Assembly: GCA_951406725.2 (NCBI GenBank)
Contig: OX597820.1
Span: 101,184,001-101,248,000, forward strand
Direction of reading: 5' to 3'
Length of the DNA: 64,000 nt
From: Octopus vulgaris
Taxonomy: Eukaryota
Shown in pieces: positions 21,735 to 33,970 of this stretch. Every line of letters begins with the position of its first letter. Position 1 is the first letter of the stretch. The notes beneath the pieces were generated by a model, which saw only the letters and a list, made by a program, of their open reading frames with translations, ran no database searches and was not told where the DNA came from. The translations under genes were made by a program, and so were the position numbers.

Positions 21735-22890
21735 ATTTGATGATAAACCACATCATACACTCCTTGTAAATTTACACGATGTTCCTTTGTAATATATATA
21801 TTGGGTTCGGTTGTGTCAGTTAATTGAGTCATATGATTTAAATGTAGTTTCATTACTCCAAATAATCTTTGTTGAAAAGTGTGCGTTTTCTGCACATCTT
21901 GCCAAATATCAAAACTCCACATTCTGTTCTGCATCATCTTCATTTGAGAACACGGAGAATTCTTAGAATGTAACTTTTCCAATAACAGTAAATCAAAATG
22001 CAATGGATGCTTCTTCATCATCACCATTTAGCGTCTGCTTTCCATGCTGGCATGGGTTGGATGGTTTGATTGAAAACTGGTAAGCTGGGGAGCTGCACCA
22101 AATTCCAGTCTGATTTGGTGTAATCTCTACGGTTGGATGCCCTTCCTAATGCCAACCACTCCAAGAGTGTAATGGGTGCTTTTTACATGCCACTGGCATG
22201 TGTACCAGTTACACGACATAGGTACTGACCACAACTATGATTTCACTTGGCTTCATAAGTCTTCTCAAGCTTGGCATATCACCAACGGTCTTGGTCACTT
22301 GTCATTGTCTACTCGAGACCTAATGTTCAATGAGTGCTTTTTACATTCCATCAGCATGGGTTCCAGTTATGTGACATGGGCATTGGCCACCAGTTATGTG
22401 ACATGGGCATTGGCCACAACTATGATTTTTACTTGACTTGATGGGTCTTTTCAAGCACGGTATATGCCCAAAGGTCACAGTATACTGATTTTGAAAATTC
22501 CTATCTCACAATTTGCTTGTTGCACAAATTTTCTTGAACTCTGGCAATATGCTTCTACTATCTTTCCTTACTTTGAGGGGCTTGTTGATGTACACGATCT
22601 TTTAGAACATTTCTTGTGAACATTCTGAGCAGCTACATCTGCTTCAAACTTATCTCTAATTTAAATGATGGGGAGCCAAGCAGGTGAATTTATTTGAAAC
22701 TCCCTCCTAAACTGCCATTGCACTTTTATTGCATTTGCTAACTTCCAATAGCACTTAAGGATAAATTTCCTTTGTTCAAAGCTTAGTCCAATTTCCTTCA
22801 TTATTTCTAATAAGTTAAATGTAAAAGGAAATGAAAATTGAGTTATCAGCTGTTAAAGCTTGTATATATTGTTTTGAGAACATCCGGTGT
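21735..22890 (-). mobile_element. Decayed Tc1/mariner-superfamily transposon (DUF4817-type HTH), interrupted by an RTE 3'UTR fragment at ~22015-22480
   Basis: Minus strand LSFEQRKFILKCYWK...VQWQFRREF...IRDKFEADV and NEDDAEQNVEF...[10 protein letters not shown]...INRHN; terminus ACACCGGATGTTC. Confidence 0.7.
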
Positions 22891-23144
22891 GAGTGTATGT
22901 ATGTATGTATGTATGTATGTATGTGTATATATATATTTCGTTTTTGGATTTGGTTTGCAAGATTCTTTATATGAGTTCGTGTGTTGAAGCATATACTATT
23001 GTGTCTGGAGAGAGACATTTGAAAAGGTTGCAAGACACAACAAAAATTTTAGGACAATAAAAATACGAAAAACGTGGAAATTTTACCGGTGAGTGTGTTA
23101 CATAATAAGGCACAAAAAAAAAATGACTCTCCCCAGACACAGTA

Positions 23145-23180
<36 letters not shown>

Positions 23181-23246
23181 TCATCATCATCATCATCAAA
23201 ATTAAATAAGGGTAGAAATTGATATTAAACAGTCCTCTAAATTTTG

Positions 23247-23299
<53 letters not shown>

Positions 23300-23301
23300 T
23301 G

Positions 23302-23449
23302 AGGCATAGGAGTGGCAGTGTGGTAAGTAGCTTGCTTACCAACCACATGGTTCAGTCCCACTGCGTGGCACCCTGGGCAAGTGTCTTCTACTATAGCCTC
23401 AGCCCTGTGAGTGGATTTGGTAGACAGAAACTGAAGGAAGCCCGTCGTA

Positions 23450-23491
<42 letters not shown>

Positions 23492-23693
23492 GGTGGGTGT
23501 GTTTGTCCCCCCACCATCGCTTGACAACCAATGTTAGTGTGTTTACGTCCCCGTAACTTAGCAGTTCGGCAAAAGAGACCGATAGAATAAGTACTAGGCT
23601 TCCAAAGAATAAGTCCTGGGGTCGATCTGCTCGACTAAAGGCGGTGCTCCAGCATGGCCACAGTCAAATGACTGAAACAAGTAAAAGAGAGAG
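23302..23693 (+). mobile_element. tRNA-derived CORE-like SINE (family B) with CR1/L2-type tail
   Basis: TGGCAGTGTGG / GGTTCAGTCCC A/B-like boxes, CC.TGGGCAAGTGTCTT core, internal (TA/TG)n, GGTGCTCCAGCATGGCC..GACTGAAACAAGTAAAAG tail. Confidence 0.85.
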
Positions 23694-25877
23694 TAAGGGT
23701 AGAAATTGATATTAATCAGTCCTCTAAATTTTGTGTATATATATATATATATATAATCATCATCATTTAATGTCCGTTGTCCATGCTGGCATAGGTTGAA
23801 CAGTTTGACCAGAGCTGCCAAGTTGGGGAGCTGCACCAGACTCAAGTCTGATTGTCTGATTTAGCATGATTTTTATGGTTAGATGCCCTTCTTAATACCA
23901 ACCACTTTACAGAGTGTACTGGGTGCTTTTACATGGCACTGCACAGGCATTTTTAAAGGGTGTCACATGAGTGCTGTTATGTGATGCTGTGGAGGTGCCT
24001 TTATATGACACCACACGGGCACATAGACACACATATAGGTATGGGCATGGTTGTGTGGATACAATTCAACTATGTCGTTTCCAGTTATATCTCACTAGTG
24101 ACTCTCAGAGAAAATGTCTTCCGGGGCACTAGTCAGCCTGAGTGACTAGTGCCTTGTGAGTGGGGCTGTAAATAGAAATTGTAAGGGAGCCTATCAAATA
24201 TATGTATATTTCTGTGTGTGTCTCAAATTCCACATATTCATGTCCACACCCATGCAAAACAGTAATGTAGTGTTTACATTGTTTGTTAACATAATATTTC
24301 ATTGCTCTATGCTTTTGAAGACAAGAGGAATTATAGATCCTTAACCTAAATAACAGGCAGAGGTTGGCAATAGGAATGGCTTAAAATGCTGCCTTCAATG
24401 AGTTCCCATCTAACTCATGCTAGCATGGTAAAATTAGATGTAAAGCAAGTGAATGATGTGTGTGTTGAATGTCTGTTAATACAAGACATTCAACACAAAT
24501 CATTCACTTGAAATTTTGTATGAATGCACTTAAATATGTACTGGTGCCCCAAACTTTTTTTAAAGTACTTAAGTTGATGCGAGTAAAGTGTGAGCAGAAA
24601 CTTAATATGGCCACAACAGAAGCAGCCTGGTAAACTTCTCTGCCTGTGATTACTAAATCTTTCACAATTGTAATCAATAACTAGCTATGTTAATTAATTT
24701 TAACCAGTAGTTTTGTTAACCATTATTAACGTTGAGTTGATAATTACTGAGATTACTGCTAATTGGGGTTGTTATGTTTATAGTTGTTAAAATGATGGTT
24801 GTTGCTACCAGAGATTTTGTTTTTATTCTTCTTAGATTAAATATTTTGGAAATTGAAAACAAAGAAAAATAGGAATAAAACGAGAGTTATGTAAACATGT
24901 TTTGAGTTGTAAAATTAACTGCTTGGGTTTTCTTTTCTCCTCATTTTCAGCTTATGATAATCATTTCTTTCCAGCATTATTACAACAATCTTTGTAAAAT
25001 TCTATTTCTATATCCTTATTGTAAGTTATATAAAGTATCTTGATTTAACTGATAAGTTTCTTCAGATATTTTCACTATTTCTGAAATGGTTTCTGATTTT
25101 GCTTCAATGTAACAACACCGTTAGGATTTATGTTTTCATAAAAAACCCAGAGTTAAGAAACAAGAAAAAAAAAGAAAAAAAGAAAATCAACAGTTGTAAA
25201 TAATCTATTTTGGAAAGCTTTTTTCTTTTTACCATATTACACACCCTTTTGTGTATTAGGATGAATACTATGCTGAAATTAATTTTGTTTTTGTAACTTA
25301 GTTTGACTTTTGTAAGTTATACCACACCCTACCATAAATGTGTATGAAGTTGAAACATATTTTAAAAACAACTCAACAACTGCGTGATAGTTTCTGGAAA
25401 TATATTAAATGCCACTTGCTTGTTAGCACTGTCGTAGTTCTCCTCCTAAATAACATAATAGGAACAGCTGCCCCTCGAGCCCTTTAGATATGTAAAAATT
25501 GTGAGAGACCTGTTAAAATGTCCAGGATTACTACAAAGGTTTTAGTTACTACGTGTGTCTGATAAATAGAACACATTGAAGTATTTTTGAAGAATGGTCA
25601 GAATACTTGGGCAGTGCTCTTAACAGTTGTGTTTTAACAACTCTGTAACATTATATCATCAGCAAAAATTTCTTCATTTAAGCTGGTTTTATACTAGGTT
25701 TAAAAATATATTTAAAAGGATTTTAAAGTTACTTGTACCTGCAAAACGAAAAAGCCAGTTCATATGAGGTGGTCACAAATGACTTATGTGAAACCATCAA
25801 TGATCCCTATGGTGGACACTATACACAAAAGGACCAGATGTCCATTCAAGATTTGACTAATTTATGCTTTTAGCTGC

Positions 25878-26109
25878 AATGCTAAGGGGACAAACACAGA
25901 CATACAAACACACACACACACACATATATATATTTATATATATACGACGGGCTTCTTTCAGTTTCCGTCTACCAAATCCACTCACAAGGCTTTGGTCAGC
26001 CTGAGGCTATAGTAGAAGACACTTGCCCAAGGTGCCACGCAGTGTGACTGAACCCGGAACCATGTGGTTGGTAAACAAGCTACTTACCACACAGCCACTC
26101 CTGTGCCTA
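25878..26109 (-). mobile_element. SINE family B, 5' half
   Basis: Reverse complement of the family B head and core. Confidence 0.8.
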
Positions 26110-26925
26110 TAAGTCTTCTTCATCTGTTGCAGGGCTCTGGATCAATTGCATTGTGGAGGGTAATGAATGACCAAATGAAGTGCTTTTTGAGTATGAGTTG
26201 TTGAAGGGAATTAATGTAACAGTGATGGTGAACTTCGGAGTTTGTCGTGAAATCCAAAGTGTGACTCTTTAACCCAGAGATTTTGAAAATGAAAGAATGC
26301 ACTACCTCTATATTTGAGACAGACACATAGCTCATCTTTAACCTGGCCAATCAATTTAAATTGATCAACCTCTTGAAAAATCTCACTCTTGAGTATGACA
26401 GACCCCTTTTAGAGGATGAGATGCCAATGGATACAATATTTGCCTTGACTGTATTAATTTTCTTCTTAACATGCAATGTGTACATACTGATTTTCTTTCC
26501 AACAAAGTAACTCATTCAACAACTAATTAGACATCCTTATAGTTGTTGCTCATTATTGTGAGGTTGTCACCATAATTAAGGTTATTGATTGTAAAAACCT
26601 TGTCTCACAGGACACCTGGAAAATCCACCAGAGTATGGAGGTAGAACACAGCCCATTGTACTTATTCTACCGAAGCCCAATGCCTCTACCTGTGACAGAA
26701 AGGAGCTTAACAAAACAACCAAGTAAAAGAATGCTCAGAGGGTTAGGATTAGGGTTATGATCCGATGTTATTGTTAAGCATGGGGCACAACTGAAGCTGT
26801 TTTCAATTATGATGTACTAGGGCTTGCTAGTGATAATATACGTGGAGAAAGAATATTACCCACAAGATGTTTTTTAGGCGCTTAGCTCTGAACAAAAGGA
26901 CCTGTGAATAAGGTCAGTATTATAA

Positions 26926-27135
26926 CTCTTTTTACTCTTTTACTTGTTTCAGTCATTTGACTGCGGCCATGCTGGAGCACCGCCTTTAGTCGAGCAAATC
27001 GACCCTGGCACTTATTCTTTGTAAGTCCAGTACTTATTCTTTTGCCGAACAACTAAGTGACAGGGACGTAAACACTCCAGCATCGGTTGTCAAGCAATGC
27101 TAGGGGGACAAACACAGACACACAAACACACACAC

Positions 27136-27181
<46 letters not shown>

Positions 27182-27344
27182 GACAGGCTTCTTTCAGTTT
27201 CCGTCTACCAAATCCACTCACAAGGCTTTGGTCGGCCCGAGGCTATAGTAGAAGACACTTGCCCGAAATGCCCCGCATTGGGACTGAAACCGGAACCATG
27301 TGGTTGATAAACAAGCTACTTACCACACAGCCACTCCTGCGCCT
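26926..27344 (-). mobile_element. SINE family B, full length
   Basis: Reverse complement of 23302-23693. Confidence 0.88.
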
Positions 27345-28316
27345 ATAAGTAAATTATCAATATGAATTATTAGTTTAGAATTAAATAGAATACGTAGGGA
27401 AGGATGGGTGCGGAGTTGAGAAGAAGGCAGTTGTTTAGGAAGTGAAAATAGACAGAGTGACATGCAGTGGAATGTAATGTGGATATGTGGAGAGTGCACT
27501 GAATGAGTTTAGGGGGGGGGTGCAGTATTCAGTCAACAAGTTCAGAGGGGCAAAGTGCATTGATAGCTAGTGGGTAGAGTTTGATAGTAGGCTGTTGACT
27601 CTGAATTGTTGCTGACTGTAGTTCATTTGTCTGTAAAGTTAGTTGCTCTCCTTTGTTCATTTATTATTATTATTATTAAACCCATTTTATGAGTTTAAGA
27701 AAGAAGCTAAGTGCCCATAACCTTTGTAAGCTTTCTCAGGTGTGTGAGGTTGATATATGACCTGATTAACTTCTGGTTAACTTTTTTTTGTTTTGTTTTG
27801 GGAGTTGTTATGGTGCATTTCTTGAGAGGGGAGGTTAGGAAAAGAAGTTAGTAGTGAGTCTACAAGATGATTCTGTAGTCTAGAGGGTGTTAAGAACAAG
27901 GGAAATAGGTACATTGGGTGATACACAATTGCTAAATTCTGAAGAGTAGAGACTTTTATTATAGCAGTAATAATAGAAGGGTACAGCAGTGACAAGCTAA
28001 TGGGTGTGGTGTGTTGCAAATAAAGTCTTAGTTATTAGGAAGAAAGACCTGTTTTATACTTGATATATGGACAGTTGTACCCCTGTGCATTGTATATAGA
28101 TCAACAGAAACTGTTCAGAGTGAAATTACCCTAAATGCATATCATTATCATTTAAAGCCCACTTTTCCATGCTTGCATGGGCAAGACGAAGTGTGTTGAG
28201 GCAAATTTTCTAATGCCTGATGCCCTTCCTGTCACCAATCCTCTCCTGTTTCTAAGCTAGTTAATATTTCTCATAGCCAAATATGTTTTCCATGGAAGAC
28301 TGAAAACCAACATAAT

Positions 28317-28533
28317 TACTCTTTACTCTCTACTCTTTTACTTGTTTCAGTCATTTGACTGCGGCCATGCTGGAGCACCGCCTCTAGTCGAGCAAATCGA
28401 CCCTGGGACTTATTCTTTGTAAGCCCAGTACTTATTCTATCGGTCTCTTTTGCTGAACTGCTAAGTGACGGGGACGTAAACGCACCAGCATCGGTTGTCA
28501 AGCAATGCTAGGGGAGCAAACACACAAACACAT

Positions 28534-28567
<34 letters not shown>

Positions 28568-28750
28568 GATGATGATGATGATGATACGACAGGCTTCTTT
28601 CAGTTTCCGTCTACCAAATCCACTCACAAGGCATTGGTCGGCCCGGGGCTATAGCAGAAGACACTTGCCCAAGATGCCACGCAGTGGGACTGAACCCGGA
28701 ACCATGTGGTTGGTTAGCAAGCTACTTACCACACAGCCACTCCTGCACCT
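28317..28750 (-). mobile_element. SINE family B, full length
   Basis: Reverse complement of 23302-23693. Confidence 0.88.
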
Positions 28751-29519
28751 ATTGTTTGTATGATGGTAATGCTTATTCACTGTCATCATGTGATGTAAAG
28801 ACAAGAAGGCACCCAAACACACATGCACATGCTGGCAAGATATGCATATAAACGATGAACTTTTTTCAGCTTTTGTTTACCGAATCCACTTGTAAGGCTT
28901 TGCTTGGCTTAGTGCTATAGTTGAAGACACTTACTCAAAGTGTCGCTCTGGGAACAATATGAACCTGAACCCAAGACCACATGACTGAAGCAGGCTTCCC
29001 TAATCTATAGCCACTCCAGCACCTGTATGATTCTTCAGAATCATTAATCTAATCCTGTGGAGTTTCAGTTTCTCTGAATGTAAAATGGTCAAACCCATTA
29101 TATTAGTTTTTAATATGTTTTGATTCCCTGTAAAAGTCAATAGTTAGGTTTGCTGGATCGGTAGATTAGGTATCAAAACATTGATTCAAAGTTTCTGATT
29201 TAAAATTCTGCTGCTTTATGTTATTGAGTAACCCCTATCAACTCTGAGTGAAAAGAGCCAATAGAATGTCAGCTTGCATTAAATCTCAGCATCTGATGAT
29301 CTACCAAGTCACAGCTATTCAATATTTATTTGTGGTTATGTAAAATATGTACTCTATATCCTAAAGCTGGTAAGGGGTTTGTTGTCCATAGATTTGGTTG
29401 AATTATTATTCAGAACAGGGCAGGTGACTAATTGTATGCAAGCTTGCTCATAGTCTGATACTTTCTAAAAAGAAAAAAAAAAATAACAAGGTAACTCATC
29501 ATCATTATTTTAATGTCCT

Positions 29520-29847
29520 GGAAATTGCAGTTGTGATACCTGTGCCGTTGGCACGTAAAAAGCACCATCCAAATGTGGCTGATGCCAGTGCCGCCTTGAC
29601 TGGCTTCTGTGCCGGTGACATGTAAAAAGCACCAACTGATCATGGCCGTTGCCAGTCTCCTCTGGCAACTGTGCCGGTGGCATGTAAAAAGCACCCACTA
29701 CACTCATGGAGTGGTTGGTGTTAGGAAGGGCATCCAGCTGTAGAAACACTGCCAGATCAGACTGGAGCCTGGTGCAGCCTCCCGGCTTCCCAGACCCCAG
29801 TCGAACCGATGTTAGCATGGAAAACGGACGTTGAACGATGATGATGA
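29520..29847 (+). mobile_element. RTE 3'UTR fragment
   Basis: Matches 8806-9135; (GAT)n tail. Confidence 0.85.
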
Positions 29848-30791
29848 TTTCCATGCTTGCTTGGGTTGGAAAGAGTTCTACAGCTGGATGCCCTTCCTGT
29901 TGTCAGCCCTCACTTGTTTCCAAGCAAGTGTGTATAATGTTACTCCATGGTCAGATATATTCTTGCAGTATATTGGAAATGAATGACGCTGCTTGTATGA
30001 CAGTGACAGCCATTTCACAACTATCACACAATGTCAAGACAGGGAGACACAAACATACACACACTCACACATACACAAATTCACACACACACATGTTTAC
30101 ATGATGGACTTCCTTCAGTTTCCATCTATTAAAGACACACTTACGCAAACACACACACACATACACACACACACATGCGCACACACATGATGGGCTTCTT
30201 TCTGTTTCCATCTACCAAATCTACTCACAAGCCTTTGGTCAGCCTAGGACTCTAGTATAAGACACCCAAGGTGCCATGTAGCTGGACTGAAACAGGAACC
30301 ATGTGATTGGAAAGCAAAATTCTTACCACTCAGCTACACCTGCAAAATTTGTATGTTTTGGCAACGACTGTCTTTTCATGCACATGGCACTGAAGATATT
30401 CTCATAAATTCAGTTATCACTGTTTAATATTCAATTTTAAAAAAAAAATCTTTTTGCTCTTTTTCTCCCTAAAGCTTAACTGTGTCTCTTGAAAGATGGT
30501 GCCCGATTATTTAACTTTGATTCCATACATGATCTGCCATTAAAACATAACAATAAAAGCAAAAGTTTAACCTCAAAGAGAGTATGATTTATCAGGAAAT
30601 ATGTTTAGAAGCTATAGAGATCAAAGACCTTAAAAGCAGGATACTGTCTCATGAAACGTGAAACAATGTGGAGGTTGATAACAACAAAGATCAAATAAAT
30701 AATATTTATCTGTGGTTAAGTCAAATTCAATAATAATAATAATAATAATGATAATAATAATAATGATAATAATAATAATAATAATAATAAA

Positions 30792-31891
30792 TGCCCTGAT
30801 GCAGTACCAGGCAGTGGCTCTCATGGCTTCTGATCTTAACTGATTGGAAGTGTTATCATGTACATTGTTTTGTCTTGGTATAAAAGATGGGCTACAGCAA
30901 ATATTCTGCTCAATACCACAGATTTGCTTGTCAGTTGTTTGACCATGACCAGTTGAGCATGTCCCTTAGTGGCTGACGATATGTGCATCTCTGATCACGA
31001 GCAGAAGTAGTGGGGGAGCATCATAGCCATGTGTTGAGAGGGATTCTTTGGGGTTTGAATAATTCACCTCTGGAAACATGGGTGTTTCATTCAACATCCT
31101 TAAACAACCCTTATTCAGGGACTGTTTGAGCGGGATGGGCTACTCAACCTGAAGAAAATTCTAACTGGGCCCCACCTGCAAGGTCATGTGCTGTTTATCT
31201 TGATATGAGATCACCATGTCGCGCACATATGGTTGTGATGCATGTGCCTGGTGTACCTTTATCAGACGGGTAGTCATGATGGGTATATTGGGCATCGTAT
31301 ATTTTACCCCAGTGTCACTTTGATGGCATGAACTGCTCTCTCACTCAATAATAATAATAATAATGATAATAATAATGATAATAAATGCCCTGATGCAGTA
31401 CTGGGCACTGTCTCTCATGACTTCTGATCTTAACTGATTGGCAGTGTTATACATGTTTTGTCTTGGTATAAAAGACGGGCTACATCAAATATTCTGACAG
31501 ATTTGCTTGTCAGTTGTTCGACTGTAACCAGTTGAACATGTCCCTTGGTGGCTGACAATATGTGCATCTCTGATTATGAGCAGAAGTAGTGGGGGAGCAT
31601 CATAACCATGCATTCAGAAGAATTCACCTCTGATAACATGGATGTTTCTTTCAACATCCTTAAACAACCATTATTCAGGGACCTTTTGAGCAGGATGGGA
31701 TACTTGACCTGAATAAAATTCTAACTGCACTCTATCTGCAAGGTTATATGCTGTTTATCTTGATATAAGATCACCATGTTGTGCACATATGGTTGTGATG
31801 CTTGGTATATCCTTATCAGACTGGTAGTCATGATGGGTTTTGTATATTTTACCACAGTGTCACTTTGATGGCATACACTGCTCTCTCACTC
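30792..31891 (-). mobile_element. Tandem pair of the unclassified ~550-bp (TAA)n-associated repeat
   Basis: Copies 30792-31347 and 31386-31891, each TGCCCTGATGCAGTAC...CTCTCTCACTC, separated and flanked by (TAA)n; strand inferred. Confidence 0.85.
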
Positions 31892-32225
31892 AATAATAAT
31901 AATAATAATAATAAATTGTGGGGGAGATGAAAAAAATGTTGAAAATGATATAATCTTGGAGATTTTATCATTTCCTTTCTTTCACAGAAGGAAAAGAAAT
32001 GATAAAAAAATAAACTTCAAACTCTGTACCTTCACAGTCTTAGCTACAAAATCAAAACTTGTGCATTCTAAGTCATGTTTTGAAGGCAAGTCACATAGTT
32101 CTGTTTAGTCCATATTTAACTAACGCCAACATTCCACTCTTAACTCCATGTTTCAGAATGCAGCTGAAACAGTTGCTTTGATGTTTTATGCAAAAACCCT
32201 AAAATTTTTGAAAAACATCTGTCAA

Positions 32226-32725
32226 AGGCATGGCTGTGTGGTTGAGAAATTTACTTCACAACCACGTGAGTTTGGGTCCAGTCTCACTGACTGTATGACA
32301 CCTCGGGCAAGTGTCTTCTAGTATAACTATGGGCTGGTCTAAGCCTTGTGAGCGAGTTAGGTAGATGGAAACTGAAAAACACCCTTCATATATATGTGTG
32401 CGCATGTGTGTGTGTAATAGACACAACACATACACATGCATGCATGCATACACATGTATATGTGTATGTGTGTATGTATCTCCTTGTCTTGGCATCAAAT
32501 GTTAGTTGTAGATGAGTGCTGCCATTGTACGAGTGATGTCATTTCATGAAAAACGTGTTTGGCCACAAGGAAATATCACCTTAGTTACTGTAGAAACAGG
32601 TGAGTGTTTGTGACAGGAAGGGCATCCAGCCAAAATTTGCCTCAACAAATTCTCTCCGACCCATGCAAGCATGGGGAAAAGGAAATTAAAGTAATGATGA
32701 TGAAGATGATGATGACGACGACAAT
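32226..32725 (+). mobile_element. SINE family B head/core with RTE-type tail
   Basis: Family B head; ends GACAGGAAGGGCATCCAGCC...CCCATGCAAGCATGG...(GAT)n. Confidence 0.75.
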
Positions 32726-33794
32726 GATTTCATCCATTTATATTACAATGAAAAATTAATGTAAAATGGTATAACAATGAGAAAAAGCTATCAATCTTTC
32801 ATTTTCTAAATTAACCTAAAGTGATTTCTGAAAAGTAATGTTATGAAGCATTGTCTACAGTTGACTTCTTTTCAACAAATAAAACAACAGAGTTTGAGGA
32901 AACTAGTGACAGTCATTAGCAAATAGTTTTGGACACTGATAACTTCTATATCACATCTAGTTGGGTATCTCTACAGCCGTAATATAACAAGTACAGACAT
33001 CTTTACTAGACAATGTCCACTGGGTTTCTTTCCCATTTATTTTTGTGTCAGTTACTCTTATTAATTTCTTTCTTCTGTCTAAGCTGATTTTATTTAATAG
33101 TAGTGAGAGCAATTAATTATTGCTGATCTTCATTGATGCTCATTTTTATAATTTCAAGTGAATAATATACAATTACCTTTTGAATATTGATTTCTAACTT
33201 GTGTGCAAGGCCACATGGTCACAGGAACGGTTGCTTATATTGATCTCAGAGTTCGGTTGATATTTCATTCATTGAACCCTGAAAGCAAAGTCTCCCTCAA
33301 CAAATTGTATGTAGAACACAAAAGATCGCATGCAAATTAAATACCATTTCTTTACCAACTCTGCCAGTCCTTTCAAGTAGGGACCTCAATTTCTTTTAAA
33401 TGGTAAATGTGGACTGACTGACTTAATTTATCTTTTTGTTTCTCTTGCTGAGAAACATAAGTGTGTTTTATCATGGGAGTTTCCTCTCTGATGGAGGTGT
33501 AGTGTTAAAGGTTCTGACAATGAAGTTGTCAGAAAATCTTACATCACACACCTGTGACCTCTTCAGCATCTCTTCCATCCCACTTGTCTCCTCCTGTTCT
33601 GTTTAATCCATTCATATTTTGCAAGGGAAAAAATGACCACCCCAAAATATAACAATATTTGCTTCAACACATGCTTTCACATCAAGAATCTTGCAAAACA
33701 AATCCATAGATTTTGTCATTATTAAGTTGGTGTTTGGAACATAAATTTACATGAAATTTTGATGGGAAGCGTTAATTTAAATCATTTTAAGACA

Positions 33795-33970
33795 AGAATC
33801 CATAAAAATTCCCGGATCACTACCAAAATTTCATTATCTGTTCCTTGTGTCATTACCAACTTTTCCTGCAAGTTTCATCAAATACCGTTCACAACTTTTT
33901 GAGTTATTTTGCACACAGACAGACAAACCAATGCCAATGAAAACATAACTTCCTTTCTTGGCGGAGGTAA
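33795..33970 (-). mobile_element. Helentron/HINE-like non-autonomous fragment
   Basis: TTACCTCCGCCAAG..GAAGTTATGTTTTC terminus, GTCTG microsatellite, GATGAAACTT motif on the minus strand. Confidence 0.5.

Noticed and set aside
27380-28030. Purine-rich stretch as a decayed Penelope ORF
   Set aside because: Only a faint resemblance; no diagnostic motif readable
31200-31347. HDV-like ribozyme at the end of the 550-bp element
   Set aside because: Local hairpins exist but I could not thread the nested double pseudoknot
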